A DNA stretch of 64,000 bases from Hypanus sabinus (Eukaryota), in the NCBI RefSeq assembly GCF_030144855.1, contig NC_082714.1:94798001-94862000 (forward strand), in the 5' to 3' direction. Under the pieces are notes generated by a model. The model had not been told where the DNA came from. It saw only the letters and a program-made list of their open reading frames with translations, and did no database searches. The translations under genes and the position numbers were made by a program. Positions 38,731 through 52,300 of the stretch are shown here, piece after piece; position 1 is the first letter of the stretch, and each line of letters starts with the position of its first letter.

Positions 38731-40070
38731 TTAGGAACCTCTTAATGGTAAGGAAGGCTAATATAAATTCAGCATTCAGTTAAAGAGGACTGGAGTATAA
38801 AACCAAGGATGTGATGTTGAGGCATTAAACCATGGGTCAGGTCATATTTTGGAGTCATTTGGAACCCCTTATCTAAGAGAGGATGTGTTGGTCTTGGCGA
38901 GGGTGAAGTTTACTCACTTTAGTTTAGAAGGAAGATCTCATTGAAAGGGCTAGAGCAGACAACTACGGCATATAGCCTATAGTGGGCGGAGCCTAGGAAC
39001 AGAGGGCACCGCCTTGGAAGAAAGGGACATCCCTTCACAATGGAATTTGTTCCTCTCGCGGGCTCGTTATTTTGTGGAATTCATTGTCATAGACGGACCT
39101 GGAGGCCAACATTAGGTATACTTAAAGCGGAAGTTGGCAGGTTCTTGATTAGTTAGAGTGTCAAAGATGATAGAGTCAAAGTGGGTTATTGGGGTAAACT
39201 TGAGAGGGATACTAAATGGGCCATGACTGAATGGCAGAGCACACTATGGGGCAAATGACTTAATTCTGCTCCTGCGCCTTACGGTCTTATCAGTGCCAAT
39301 GACAAACCTCGTATAAATGAAAGAGGACAGTAACGCAGGGGAGGGGTTCAGAAATTCCAGCAAATATTTTATTACTGTCCATCTCTGTTTCAGTCAGCAA
39401 TTTCGTAAACTAAACCATGAAGGAAATAAAACCAACAATTCAACATGGTTCTGATCCATAAGCAGTCCCCCTCAGAAATTACCTACATTTCTAGATTACA
39501 TAGAAATTACCTAGTAAAGATTTTTACTCCTCGTGCATGTGAAGGACGTAAGCCATCAAATCAATTCAATTCAATTCAATTCCTTTCGATGCTGGTGCTA
39601 AAATTTGTACAATGTACAAAAGAAAGTTTTGACTTTTCCAGCATTGAATTGTTCTATCGCTAAGATCCAATATTTGCAATAAACGTAATTAATTCCAGAG
39701 TATTAAGGGAATATTTCAAAATGGTAATATGCTGCTCAATTCTCGGTCAAATGGTAATAAAATGGGAGGCGGCTCTGAGAAATTAGGGCTCCGGGTGTTT
39801 GAGGTTCCACTGGTCAACCTTGGTCGCGGTAGAGTGTCGTCTTGGACTGAAGTCGAACCCAGCAGTTTCAGCAACATTGCAGACAGCCCACTAAACGCAA
39901 AGCACCAGCGAACACATTGATGGGATGTAGTCGTTCCTGTAATATACTCAAGACGGCATTTTTTTTTAAATCATTCTCCTGGGGGAATGCTATCTTTTCC
40001 TTCCGGGATTGAGTGGAACTAAGTGTTCTATCAATTAAATACTTCCACTTTACAGAAATAGATCAGTATT

Positions 40071-43000
40071 ACACAGTGTTGCAGAAGGATGGGAAGAGGA
40101 GAGCTGACGTTATTGGAGACTCTATAGTCAGGGGAGCAGACAGGAGATTTTGTGGACATGAGAAGGAAACCCGTATGGTCTGTTGCCTCCCAGGTGCCAG
40201 GGTCCGGGATGTCTCTGACCAGGTGCATGACATCCTGGTACAGGAGGGAAAGCAACCAGAAGTAGTGATACATGTTGGGACCAATGACATAGGCAGGAAG
40301 AGCGATGAGATCCTGAAGTGAGAGTTTCGGGAACTAGACAGAAGGCTGAAGAATAGGACCTCAAGGATGGCGTTCTCAGGATTGTTGCCAGTGCTACGTG
40401 ATAGTGATGGTAAGAATTGGAGGAGATAGCAGTTGAATGCGTGGCTGAGGAGTTGGCCCCGGGGGCAGGGTTTTAGATGTTTCGACCATTGGGATCTCTT
40501 CTGGGGAAGGTGGGACCTGTACAGATTGGATGGGTTGCACCTGAACTCGAGGGCGAGCAATATCCTTGCTGGTAGGTTTGCTGGCATGGTTCCGGAGTGT
40601 TTAAATTAACTTGCAAGGGGGATGGGACTCGAGCGATAGAGCAGTGAAAAAAGTGCATGCAGTAAAGCCAGATCTAACATATAGAGAGGCTTTGAGGAAA
40701 GAGCACCAGAATAAAAGGTATAAAGGTAGTAAGGTAGAAAGGCTAAGGTGTGTGTACTTCAATGCAAGCAGCATCAAGAACAAACGTGATGAACTGAGAG
40801 CTTGGATACATACATGGAATTATGATGTAGTGGCCATTATGGAGACTTGGTTAGCACTAGGGCAGGAATGGATTCTCAATATTCCTGGATTTCAATGCTT
40901 TAAAAGGGATAGAGAGGGGGGAAAGGGGAAGAGGAGTGGTATTACTGGTCTGGGATACTATTACAGCTGCAGAAAGGGTGGGTAATGTAGCAGGATCCTC
41001 TTTTGAGTCAGTATGTGTGGAAATCAGGAACAGGAAGGGAGCAGTTACTATAGGCCCCCTGGTAGCAGCAGAGATACCGAGGAGCAGATTGGGAGGCAGA
41101 TTTTGGGAAGGTGCAAAAATAACAGGGTTGTTATCATGGTTGACTTTAACTTCCCTAATATTAATTGGCACTTGATTAGTTCCAAGGGTTTAGATGGGGT
41201 AGAGTTTGTTAAGTGTGTTCAGGGTGGATTCCTGTCACAGCATACTGACAGACCGACTAGGAGGAATGCCATACTAGATCTAGTATTAGGTAACGAACTA
41301 GGTCAGGTCACAGTTCTATCAGTGGGTGAGCATCTGCGGGACAGTGATCACTGCTTCCTGGGCTTTAGCATTATTATGGAAAAGGGTAGAATCAGAGAGG
41401 ACAGGAACATTTTTAATTGCGGAATGGCAAATTATGAGGCTATAAGGCTAGAACTTGCAGGTGTGAATTGGGATGATGTTTTTGCAGGGAAATATACTAT
41501 GGACATGTGGTCGATGTTTAAGGATCTCTTGCAGGATGTCAGGGATAAATTTGTCCCGCTGAGGAAGATAAAGAATGGTAGGGTGAAGGAACCATGGGAG
41601 ACAAGTGAAGTGGAAAATCTAGTCAAGTGGAAGAAGACAGCATGCATGAGGTTTAGGAAGCAAGGATCAGATGGGTCTATTGAGGAATATAGGGTAAGAA
41701 GAAAGGAGCTTAAGAAGCGGCTGAGAAGAGCAAGAAGGGGGCATGACAAGGCCTTTGCGAGTAGAGTAAAGGAAAACCCCAAGGCATTCTTCAGTTATGT
41801 GAAGAACAAAAGGATGACAGGAGTGAAGGTAGGACCAATTAGAGATAAAAGTGGGGAGATGTGTCTGGAGGTTGTGGAAGTGAGCGAGGTCTTCAATGAA
41901 TACTTCTCTTCGGTATTCACCACTGAGAGGGGACTTGATGACGGTGAGGACAATATGAGTGAGGTTGATGTTCTGGAGCATATTGATATAAAGGGAGAAG
42001 AGGTTTTGGAGCTGTTAAAATACATTAGGACGGATAAGTCCCCGGTACCTGATGGAATATTCCCCAGGCTGCTCCACGAGGCAAGGGAAGAGATTGCTGA
42101 ACCTCTGGCTAGGATCTTTATGTCCTCGTTGTCATAGGGAATGGTACTGAAGGATTGCAGGGAAGCGAATGTTGTCCCCTTGTTCTAAAAAATGTAGTAG
42201 GGATAGGCCAGGTAATATAGAGCAGTGTGCCTTACGTCTGTGGTAGGAAAGCTGTTGGAAAAGATTCTTAGAGATAGGATCTATAGACATTTAGAGAATC
42301 ATGGTCTGATCAGGGACAGTCAGCAAGGCTTTGTGAAGGGAAGATAGTGCCTAACAAGCCTGATAGAGTTCTTTGAGGAGGTGACTAGGCATATAGATGA
42401 GGGTAATGCAGTAGACGTGATCTACATGGATTTAAGTAAGGCATTTGACAAGGTTCCACACGATAGGCTTATTCAGAAAGTCAGAAGGCATGGGATCCAG
42501 GGAAGTTTGGACAGGTTGATTCAAAATTGGCTTGCCTGCAGAAGGCAGAGGGTCATGGTGGAGGGAGTACATTCAGATTGGAGGGTTGTGACTAGTGGTG
42601 TCCCACAAGGATCTGTTCTGGGATCTCTACTTTTTGTAATTTTTATTAACGACCTGGATGTGGGGGTAGAAGGGTGGGTTGGCAAGTTTGCAGGCGACAC
42701 AAAGGTTGGTGGTGTTGTAGATAGTGTAGAGGATTGCCAAAGATTGCAGAGAGACATTGAAAGGATGAAGAAGTGGGTTGAGAAGTGGCAGATGGAGTTC
42801 AACCCGGAGAAGTGTGAGGTGGTACACTTTGGAAGGACAAACTCCAAGGCAGAGTACAAAGTAAATGGCAGGATACTTGGTAGTGTGGAGGAGCAGAGGG
42901 ATCTGGGGGTATATGTCCACAGATCCCTGAAGGTTGCCTCACAGGTAGATAGAGTAGCTACGAAAGCTTATAAGTCGGGGGAGAAAGTCTAAGAGACGCG

Positions 43001-43562
43001 ATGTAATGATGCAGCTCTCTAAAACTCTAGTTAGGCCACACTTCGAGAACTGTGTCAAGTTCTGGTCGCCTCAGTATAGGAAGGATGGGGAAGCATTTGA
43101 AAGGGTACAGAGGAGATTTACCAGGATGCTGCCTGGTTTAGAGAGTATGGATTATGATCAGAGATTAAGGGAGCTAGGGCTATACTCTTTGGAGGGAAGG
43201 AGGATGAGAGGAGACATGATAGAGGTGTACAAGATATTAAGAGGAATAGACAGAGTGGACAGCCAGCGCCTCGGCGCACCACTGCTCAGTACAAGAGGAC
43301 ATGGTTTTAAGGTAAGGGGAGGGAAGTTCAAGGGGGATATTAGAGGAAGGTTTTTCACTCAGAGGGTGGTTGGTGCGTGGAATGCACTGCCTGAGTCAGT
43401 GGTGGAGGCAGATACACTCGTGAAGTTTAAGAGAATACTAGACAGGTATATGGAGGAATTTAAGGTGGGGGGTTATATGGGAGGCAGGGTTTGAGGGTCG
43501 GCACAACATTGTGGGCCGAAGGGCCTGTAGTGTGCTGTACTATTCTATGTTCTGTGTTCTAT
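40071..43562 (+). mobile_element. CR1 LINE truncated within ORF1, few lesions
   Basis: Esterase remnant (VIGDSIVRG...VIHVGTNDIGRK), APE, a 374-aa ORF, RT (YMDLSKAFDKVPH, KFAGDTK) and the tail gggccgaagggcctgtagtgtgctgtactattctatg. Confidence 0.93.
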
Positions 43563-43564
43563 AG

Positions 43565-44900
43565 TCACACCTGTTTTCTCACGTCAGTGAAAAAAAGCAT
43601 GCATGCGTTTAAGCTGTCTATACCCCTCATAAACATTTTTTTCAATTTTCTACGTTCCAGAGAATGAAGTCCTAACCTATCCAATCTTTCCTTAAACCTC
43701 AGGTCATCCAGATTGGGAAACACCCTTAGAAATTTTCTCTGTGCTCTCTCAACATTATTTCCATCTTTCCTGTAGGTCGGTGACGGAAACTGCACACAAT
43801 ACTCCTAATTATGCCTCATCGATTTCTTTTACAACTTCAATACAACATCCTTACTCCTGAAGTCAATACTTTGATTCATGAAAGCCAATATGCCAGAAAC
43901 ATCTCTACAAGCCTATCTACCTCTGATGCTGCTTTCAACGAATTATGGATCTGTATTCCCAGAACCTCCTGTTTTACCACATTCTTCAGTGCCCTGCCGT
44001 TCAATGTGTAAGAACGAACCTGGCTGGTCCGACCGAGGTGCAACATCTCACAATGGTCTACATTAACTTCCATCTGCCATTATTCAGCTGATTTTTCCAG
44101 CTGGTCAAAAAACTGCTGCAAGCCATGATGTCCTTCCTCACTATCCATTACGCCCCCAATTCTTGGTGTCATCTGCACATTTTCTGATGCAGTTAAACAC
44201 ATTATTATTCAGGTTGCTGATTGATATGTCAAATATTAACGAACCCAGCACTGATCCCTGCGACAACACGTTCGTCCCAGGACTCCTGTCAGAGATGTAA
44301 CCATCTACTTACGCACTCGTGCTTCTCCCACAAAGCCAATGTCTAGTCCGATTTACCATGTCCTCTTGAATGCCAAGTGACTGAACTTGACCGAAATCCC
44401 CTGCAGGACCAGGTTAAAGTTCATGTGTGCAACAGGCACTGCCTTACCTTCCTCAACTTTCCTGGTAATTTCCTGGAAAAGATTGGGTGGACATGAACAA
44501 CCCAACACGAAGATATGCTGACTATCTTTAATCAGTCCAGGTCTACACAAAAGCTTCTATTTTAAGACAGAACACCTTTCACTGCTTTTCTCACTTATGA
44601 AGACCCGCTCACCGGCCTATAGTTCCACAGTTAATTTGGCAAACACCTTCTTCTCTGTAATATGTATGGGATCCATGAATTTGATGCCATTTTGCCTCAC
44701 TTCTATGAACTCTGTTCCCGTCTCCTGAGTAAATCACCCCCATTTCTTTTGGCTCCACAAATGGATTACCATTCTAATCTGCCAGGATTTTGTCCCTTGC
44801 AATCCTTTTACTATTAACATATCTTTAGAATCCCTTAGGTTTCTCCTGTACCTTCTCTCAGGCTGGAATCTGTCAGCAACTGAGGATACACGGGACTAAC
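43565..44900 (-). mobile_element. Old CR1 fragments
   Basis: PTYRKDGNNVERAQRKF, HCEMLHLGR and related remnants. Confidence 0.7.
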
Positions 44901-45289
44901 AGATAGAGAATTTCACAAATTCACTTACCCTGGCTGAATTAGATCACATCAGAATTGATCATCATGTTCCCCAATCGCTCATCACTTCTCCACCTCCCTC
45001 CACCACGTCCACACGAACAGAGACAGATATTGTGATGAAAATTTCAATTCAGTATCTAGTCTTTCAAAGTGATTGCGTCTCTTTTAACTAACTCCGTAGA
45101 GTTTGGCGATTCTCCCTGTCTCAAACCCAAAGTCAAAATAAGTGCATTATCAAAATACATTTATACATATTTTGAGTTGATATATTTCCGGTCATTTACA
45201 GTAAATACAAAGACGGAAAAATTCCACACTCAGCACGATGGACAAAGAAGCAATGTGCAAAAGACAAAAAACAATTTGGTGGCAAGATG

Positions 45290-48060
45290 AGTACTTGGAG
45301 ATATGATGTGGTGGCCAGTACAGAGACTTGGAAGGCTCAGGAACAGGAACAGTTACTTCAAGTACCTGGTTTTAGAAGTTTCAGGAAAGACGGGGAGGGA
45401 AGCAAAAGAGGTGGGGGTGTCACTGTTGATCAGAGATAGTGTCACGGCTGCAGGAAAGGTGAACGCCATGAAGGGATTGTCTACGGATTCTCTGTGGGTG
45501 GGGATTAGCAAAAGGAAGGGGTCAATAACTTTACTGGGTGTTTCTATAGGCCGTCCAATAATAACAGGGATATCGAGGAGCAGATAGAGAAACTGATCCT
45601 GAAAAGGAGTACTAATAACAGAGTTGTCATGATAGGAGACGTAATTTCCCAAATATCGACTGGCATCTCCCTAGAGTAAGGAGTTTAGCTGGGTAGAGTT
45701 GTTAGGTGTGTTCAGGAAGGTTTCTTGACGGTTTCGTGATAAGCCTACAGCAGGAGAGGTTGTACTTGATTTGGTATGGGGAAATAAACCTGCTCAGGTG
45801 TCAGAACTCTCAGTGGGAGTGCATTTTGATCATAATTCGATCTCCTTTAAAATATCATTGGAGAGAGATAGGAATAGACAAGTTAGAAAACATTTAATTG
45901 CAGTAAGGGGAATTGTGAGGCTATCAAGCAGGAAATTGAAAGCTTAAGTTAGAAACTGATGTCTTTATGAAAAGTACGGAAGAAATGTGGTAAACGTTCA
46001 GGGGGTATTTGTGTGCAGTTCTGCATAGGTACGTTCTAATGAGACAGGGAAGTTATGGTAGGGTACAGGAACCGTGGTGTACAAAGTTGTAATAAATCTA
46101 GTCAATAAGAAAAGAAAAGGTTACAAAAGGTCTAAGAGCTAGGTAACGTTAGAGATCTAGAAGATTCTAAGGCCAACAGGAAGGAGCTTAGAAGGAAATT
46201 AGGAGAGCCAGAAGGGGCCATGAGAAGGCCTTGGCAGGCATGATTAAGGAAATTCCCAAGGCATTCGACAGGTATGTGAAGAGCTGGAGGATAAAACATG
46301 AAAGAATAGCAGCTATCAAGTGTGAGAGTGGGGAAGTGTGTATGGAATCGGAGGAAATAGCAGAGGTGCTTAATGAATACTTTACTTTAGTATTCACTAT
46401 AGAAAAGGATCGTGGTGATGACTTGCAGCAGACTGAAAAGCTTGACCATGTAGATATTAAGAAAGAGGATGTGCTGGAGCTTTTGGAAGCCATCAAGTTG
46501 GATAAGTCGCCGGGATAGGATGAGATGTATCCCAGGGTACGGTGGGAGGCGAGGGAGTAGATTGCTGAGCCTCAGGCGATAATCGTTGCATCACCAGTGG
46601 GGATGGGAGAGGTTCCAGAGGATTGGAGGGTTGCGAACGTTGTTCCTTGAGTCAATAAAGGGAGCAGAGATAGCCCAGGAATATATACACAAGTGAGTCT
46701 TGCCTCAGTCGTTGGTACGTTTAATAAGAAGATCCTGACAGGTAGTATGTATGATTATTTGGAGAGGTATAATATGATTAAGATTAGTCAGCATGGCTTT
46801 GTCAAGGACGAGTCCTGCCTTAAGATCCAGCTTGAATTTTTAAGGACGTGACTAAGCACATTGATGAAGTAAGAGATGTAGTTTATATGGATTTCAGCAA
46901 GTCATTTCATAAGGTACCCCAGGCAAGACTTATTGAGAAAATTAGGAGGCATGGTATGCGAGGGGACATTGATTTGTGGATCCAAAACTTGCTTACCCAC
47001 AGAAGTCAAGGAGTGGTGTTAGACAGGTCATATTCTGCATGGAGGTCAGTCACCAGGGGGTGCTTCAGCGATCTGTTCTGCAACCCTTACTCTACCAGAT
47101 TTTTATAAATAACCTGGATGAGGAAGTGGAGGGATGGGTTAATAATTTTGCTGATGACACAAAGGTTGGTGGTGTTGTTGATAGTGTGGAGTGCTGTCAG
47201 AGGTAACAACGGGACATTGATGGGATGCAAAACTGGACTGAGAAGTGACAGATGGAGTTAAACCCAGATAACTGTGAAGTGGTTTATTTTGGTAGGTGAA
47301 ATATGATGGCAGAATAGAGTTTTAATGGTAAAACTCTTGGCAATGTGTACGATCAGAGGGATCTTAAGGTCCGAGTACATAAGACGCTCAAACCAGCAGC
47401 GCAGGTTGGCTCTGTGGTTAAGAAGGATTGTGGTGTATTGACCTTCATGAATCGTGGAATTTAATTTAGGAGCTGAGAAGTAATGTTGCAGCTGTATAGG
47501 ACTTTGGTCAGACCCTATTTGGAGTAATGTGCTCAGTTCTGGTCGCCTCACTACAGGAAGGATGTTGAAGCCATAGAAAGGGTGCAGAACGGACTTACAA
47601 GGATGTTGATTGGATTGGGGAGCATGCCTTATGAGAATAGGTTGAATGAACTCGTCCTTTTCTCCTTGGATTGAAGGAGGATGAGAGATGGCCTGATAGA
47701 GGTATACAAGATGATGAGAGGCATTGATCGTTTGGATAGTCAGAGGCTTTTTCTCAGGGCTGAAATGAATGCCACAAGAGGACACAGGTTTATAGTGCTG
47801 GGGAGTTGGTACAGAGGAGATGTCAGGAGTAAGATTTTATTACTCAGAGAGTGGTGAGTGCGAGAAATGGGCTGCCGTCAACGGCGCTGGAGGCAGATAC
47901 GATAGCGTCTTTTAAGAGGCTTTTAGATAGGTATATGGAGATACCCATATAAGATAAAGGGCTATAGGTAAGGCTAGTAATTTCTGAGGTAGGGACATGT
48001 TCGGCAGAACTTTGCGGGCCGAAGGGCCTGTATTGTGCTATATGTTTTCTATGTTTCTAT
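45290..48060 (+). mobile_element. Decayed CR1 with tail
   Basis: APE-to-RT remnants (YMDFSKSFHKVPQ, NNFADDTK), with the tail at ~47965-48060. Confidence 0.85.
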
Positions 48061-49317
48061 ATTATTTATATTTTATTGTAATTTTAATATATTTGGAATT
48101 GTATGTATTAAATATTTATAATTGTTTCCATGCTTTGCCGTTCACTGTACTGAACCTTGCCGCAAAACATCAAATTCTACGACATAAGACACTGATATTA
48201 AGCCTTATTCTGATTTTTATCCTCACTCTAATGATCGATCTCACTGACAGTGGGCCCTGTGTGGGACATCACCCCCTCTCTTCTCTTATCTTGCGTTTAG
48301 TGTACCACCACCCACCGTGCATTCCGACACCACTTGTCCACAGACGGTTGCATATTATGCAATGAATGGTAAAAAATTTCTTCCAAATAAATGCTCGGGT
48401 CGTGTGATTCTGAATCAACTTTTGTGTAATGACGCCACTAGGAAGCATCTTGTCTTATTTTTATTAGTGAAATGTTATCTTATAATATCCTGCATTTTTG
48501 TGTTGTGCAAGGCTTTTTTTCTAAAGATCCCCCCTCATTGAATTTTGGGAGACTGGATTGGGATCTCTAAAACGTGTCATTAATGATCTGGGCATGGTCC
48601 TTTTAATTCAGTCCTGTCCTGATTGTCAGACACTGGTCAGTCCAGTTAACCTCTGCCTCATAGTGGTTCACAGGGTCGAACAGTAAGTATCTGTAAATAA
48701 CACTTATGCAGCTGTGAACTTCGTCATATCCCCATGGGGAACAGGGCTTTGTTGGCACAGCCTTTATTTAGCGACACTTACTCAAATTAGTGCTGTTTCT
48801 GCCTTGTTTGTGATCCTGTGCAGCTGGCTTGGTCACAGGTCCTGGGTGTGGAGGGTGTTAGTGTGGATGAGGTCTTATGAACATTTAAAAGAACTCTAAA
48901 TCTGAGTAACGGTACTAGCAGGAAGATACAAATAGTGAAGTTAAATCTTTGAAAAAAAACTTTCTGAAATTGACATTTATTGTTACAAAAGATGAAAATG
49001 ATGAAGTGACTGTAAAATTGCAATTCTTAAAGTGATACATTGGAAAGAGAAGTAGAGTAAGTCAGGGAAGAGGGGAGAGGCGGAGGATGAGAAGGTGGTA
49101 GGTGAGCGTTAAAGTGTAAAAGAGTGAAGAGAATCAGAATGACTGAGCTGAGACTGAGAAGGGGCACAGGGTTTGTGTGTGAGATACAGAGATATAGAAG
49201 GAACGAGGAAAAGAGGAGAGAGTAGAGGGATTTGAGAGAGGGAGAGGTGTAATGTGGCGCCGATGTCGTCAGCTCCGTGTCTGATAATGTGTAAAAATCA
49301 TTTCAATTCTGGACACT
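48061..49317 (-). repeat. ~1.25-kb inverted duplicate of ~52213-53385 (unit A equivalent ~13439-14700)
   Basis: Reverse-complement match along the whole length. For example, the ORF text FHALPFTVLNLAAKHQILRH appears on + at 47997-48365 and on - at 53107-53352. Confidence 0.93.
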
Positions 49318-52300
49318 AAACATACTAATTTCTAAGGTAGGGACATGTTCGGCACAACTTAGTGCGCCGAAGGGCCTGTATTGTACTGTAGATTTTCTTC
49401 TTATGACTTCAAATACAACAAAGAAAAAGGAAGCAATGATTTATAATAATGAATATATACGTATTAAATATCAAGTAAATGCGTCGACAGTTTGTGGAAT
49501 CACTTCATTTTTTAGGGTGAGTAAAACTGTTTCAAGTTATCCCCTCTTCTTCAAGAGCTTGAGGTTTAGGGGTAATAACTAATAATTCTGACTCTCCCTC
49601 TACTACAAGCACTACATTCTAGGCATCAACAACTCTGTGTAAAGAAACATGCTCCTCATCTCTCTTTTTAAACTACCCCTCTCAAATTAAAGACATGCCG
49701 TTCGTTGTTAGGTATTTCAACTCTGGGAAAAGATGCTATCTTTTTACTCTCTCAATGTCGCTCGTAATCTTGTGCGCTTTTATCAAATCTCCCTTAGGCG
49801 CTTAGGCGCTGTAAAGTAAAAAAGGCTATTTGTATTTGCTCTCGTTATAATGCATGCCCTCTAATCAAGGCAACATCCTGGGTAAAACTCGTGTGCACCT
49901 TGTCCAAATCATTAATGTCTTTCTTGTGACTAGAACTGTATACAGAACTCCAAATGAGGCCTAACTATAGTTCTGTAAATCTGCAACATAACTTCCTGAC
50001 TTTTGAACTCACGAATTCATCGGCTGATAAAAACGAACATTCCATATGCTTTCTGAACCACACTATCAGGGAGCAACTTTCAGGGAGCTATGAACATAGA
50101 TCCCAAGATCCCTCTACTCATCAACACTGATAAGGATCTTGCCATCAAAACTGCGTCTCTGCTTTTGATCTACCATCGGTCGACTCTTCACATTACACTC
50201 CACCTGTCATTTCTCCGCCCATATCTGCAAGTGCGCTATATTCCCCTGAATTCTTTGCCAATCTTCTGTACTAGTCATAACAGGGTTAATCTTCGACACA
50301 TTGCGCAATACCCATGCACATTTTTATTAACATTATTTAAAGCCATCACAAACACCAGAGAACCAAGGATAAATCTTGTGGACCGCCACTAATCGCAGGC
50401 TTCCAGCTAGAATGTGGCCCTCCGACTCCTAGACTTCATCTGTTATAGGCAAGCTGGTTTTGAATCCAGCTGGCAAATTCACTGTGGAACCCATGATCCT
50501 TCTTCTTCCGGATGAGCCTTCCATGAAGGACGCTGTCTCGCACCTCACTAAAATTCATGTACATAACTTCCACAGTCGTACTTTCATCGATCACCTTCGT
50601 CGCCTCGGTAAAAAAAAACACCTGAATACAGTTAGTAAGAAGCGAGCTGCCCCATCCAAAACTCTGCTGGTTCTCCCTAATTAAGCCACGATTTTCTAAA
50701 TGCTCATAAATTCATAAATGAGACACACCAGACTATAGTTTCCAGAATTGTCCATTGTTCTATACTCGAACAACGGAACAACATTAAATTATCGCCAGTC
50801 CTTCATGACCTCTGCTGTTGCCAGAGAGGACACGAATATATTGGTTAAGGCAACAGCAATCTCTTCTCATGCATCTCTCCATCACATGGGCTGTATACGA
50901 CAAACCGTAGAAACATCTTCACCTTAATGTGTTTTCAGAAACCCAACACAATCTCGAAATGTCCTAACACTGAGTACAACTGATCACCCTATCCTCCACG
51001 TGTTTCTTCACAAACTTATATCAAAGCAGAGACACTGCCGTGTTTTTCTTTTGTGATGTCAATTACGTGCTGGACCTAGGACAGGTCCTCCAGAATGATG
51101 ACGACGAGGAATATAAGGTTGCTGACCCTCTAGACCTCTGATACCCCGATAAGGACTGACTCATGGACTTCTGGTTTCCTCCTCCTGATATCATTAAGCA
51201 GCTTCTCGTTGTTGCTGCCATTGATTGATAACACGTTGTTGTGGTACCATTCAGCCGCATAGTGACCCTGTCCATATGTGTCAGTCTTGTCCTCCAAGGA
51301 AGCAAAGACCACACGATCAGTATGCTGAATTGGATACAAGGAGCAGAGGGCATGGGGTATGTTCACGGATCTAACAGTGGTAGCGTTAACCACAGGGGTA
51401 AAACTGCGCAGTTTCGAATACATATGGACATGTGCTAGGCAAATGTGTTTAGGAGAGGTAGGTGACTTGGTTGGCATTGATGAGTTGTGACAAAAGGTCC
51501 GTTTACATAACTATGTAAAGCAGCCGCGTTTGTTATTAAACAGAGACACGATATTAGTGTGATAGTTCATTATCAGAGGTGTAACAAGGCTTACTTTAAA
51601 ATATTATTTATTACAGACACTGAAATTTAAGGGCAAAATATATTTCAAATTGAAGGCAACCAATAAATTTAAGTATCAAATATCTTCTTGGCTGGTTCAT
51701 GGCACAGGTATTTTTACATCCAAGTAGGGCAACTGTGAGGGAGGACAAATGTTAGCCTTTACTAAGGAATTTACCTCGCCAATCAGGCAACAGGTTTAAC
51801 TTCGGATCCAATTGCACGCGATGATATTGTGGCCATTGCGTTCTTGTAAGAGCGAGAGAAACCAAACTGACAGATTTAGATAAACGAGAGGCGATGATGC
51901 TGATAGACATTCGGCTACAAAGAGGACGCAAAGACTCTGTCCTCTGAATAAGCAATGGAAAACAGGATGAACTACTGTGACGTGACCCAAATCAGTCAGA
52001 GGCTGTGCATCTATAGAACATTCTCCACAAAGTTCCTTAAATATTTGGTTGCTCCACAGATTCCAGCCTGGGAAGCAACGATATTTGGAAACAACGTGAT
52101 TCAGCGCTGCACAGATCAAGCAAGGTGGAACAGTGCGACTGATTAGCTATGAGCTCAGGTAACATAGGAACAGGTACGCGAGGCCCATTAGTGATCGCAT
52201 TTATTCCTCTGTCGGTCCAGATTTGAATAAAATTTAACACATTATCGGACACAGTGCTGACATAAGTCGGCATCACCTTACACCTCTCCCTCTCTCACAT

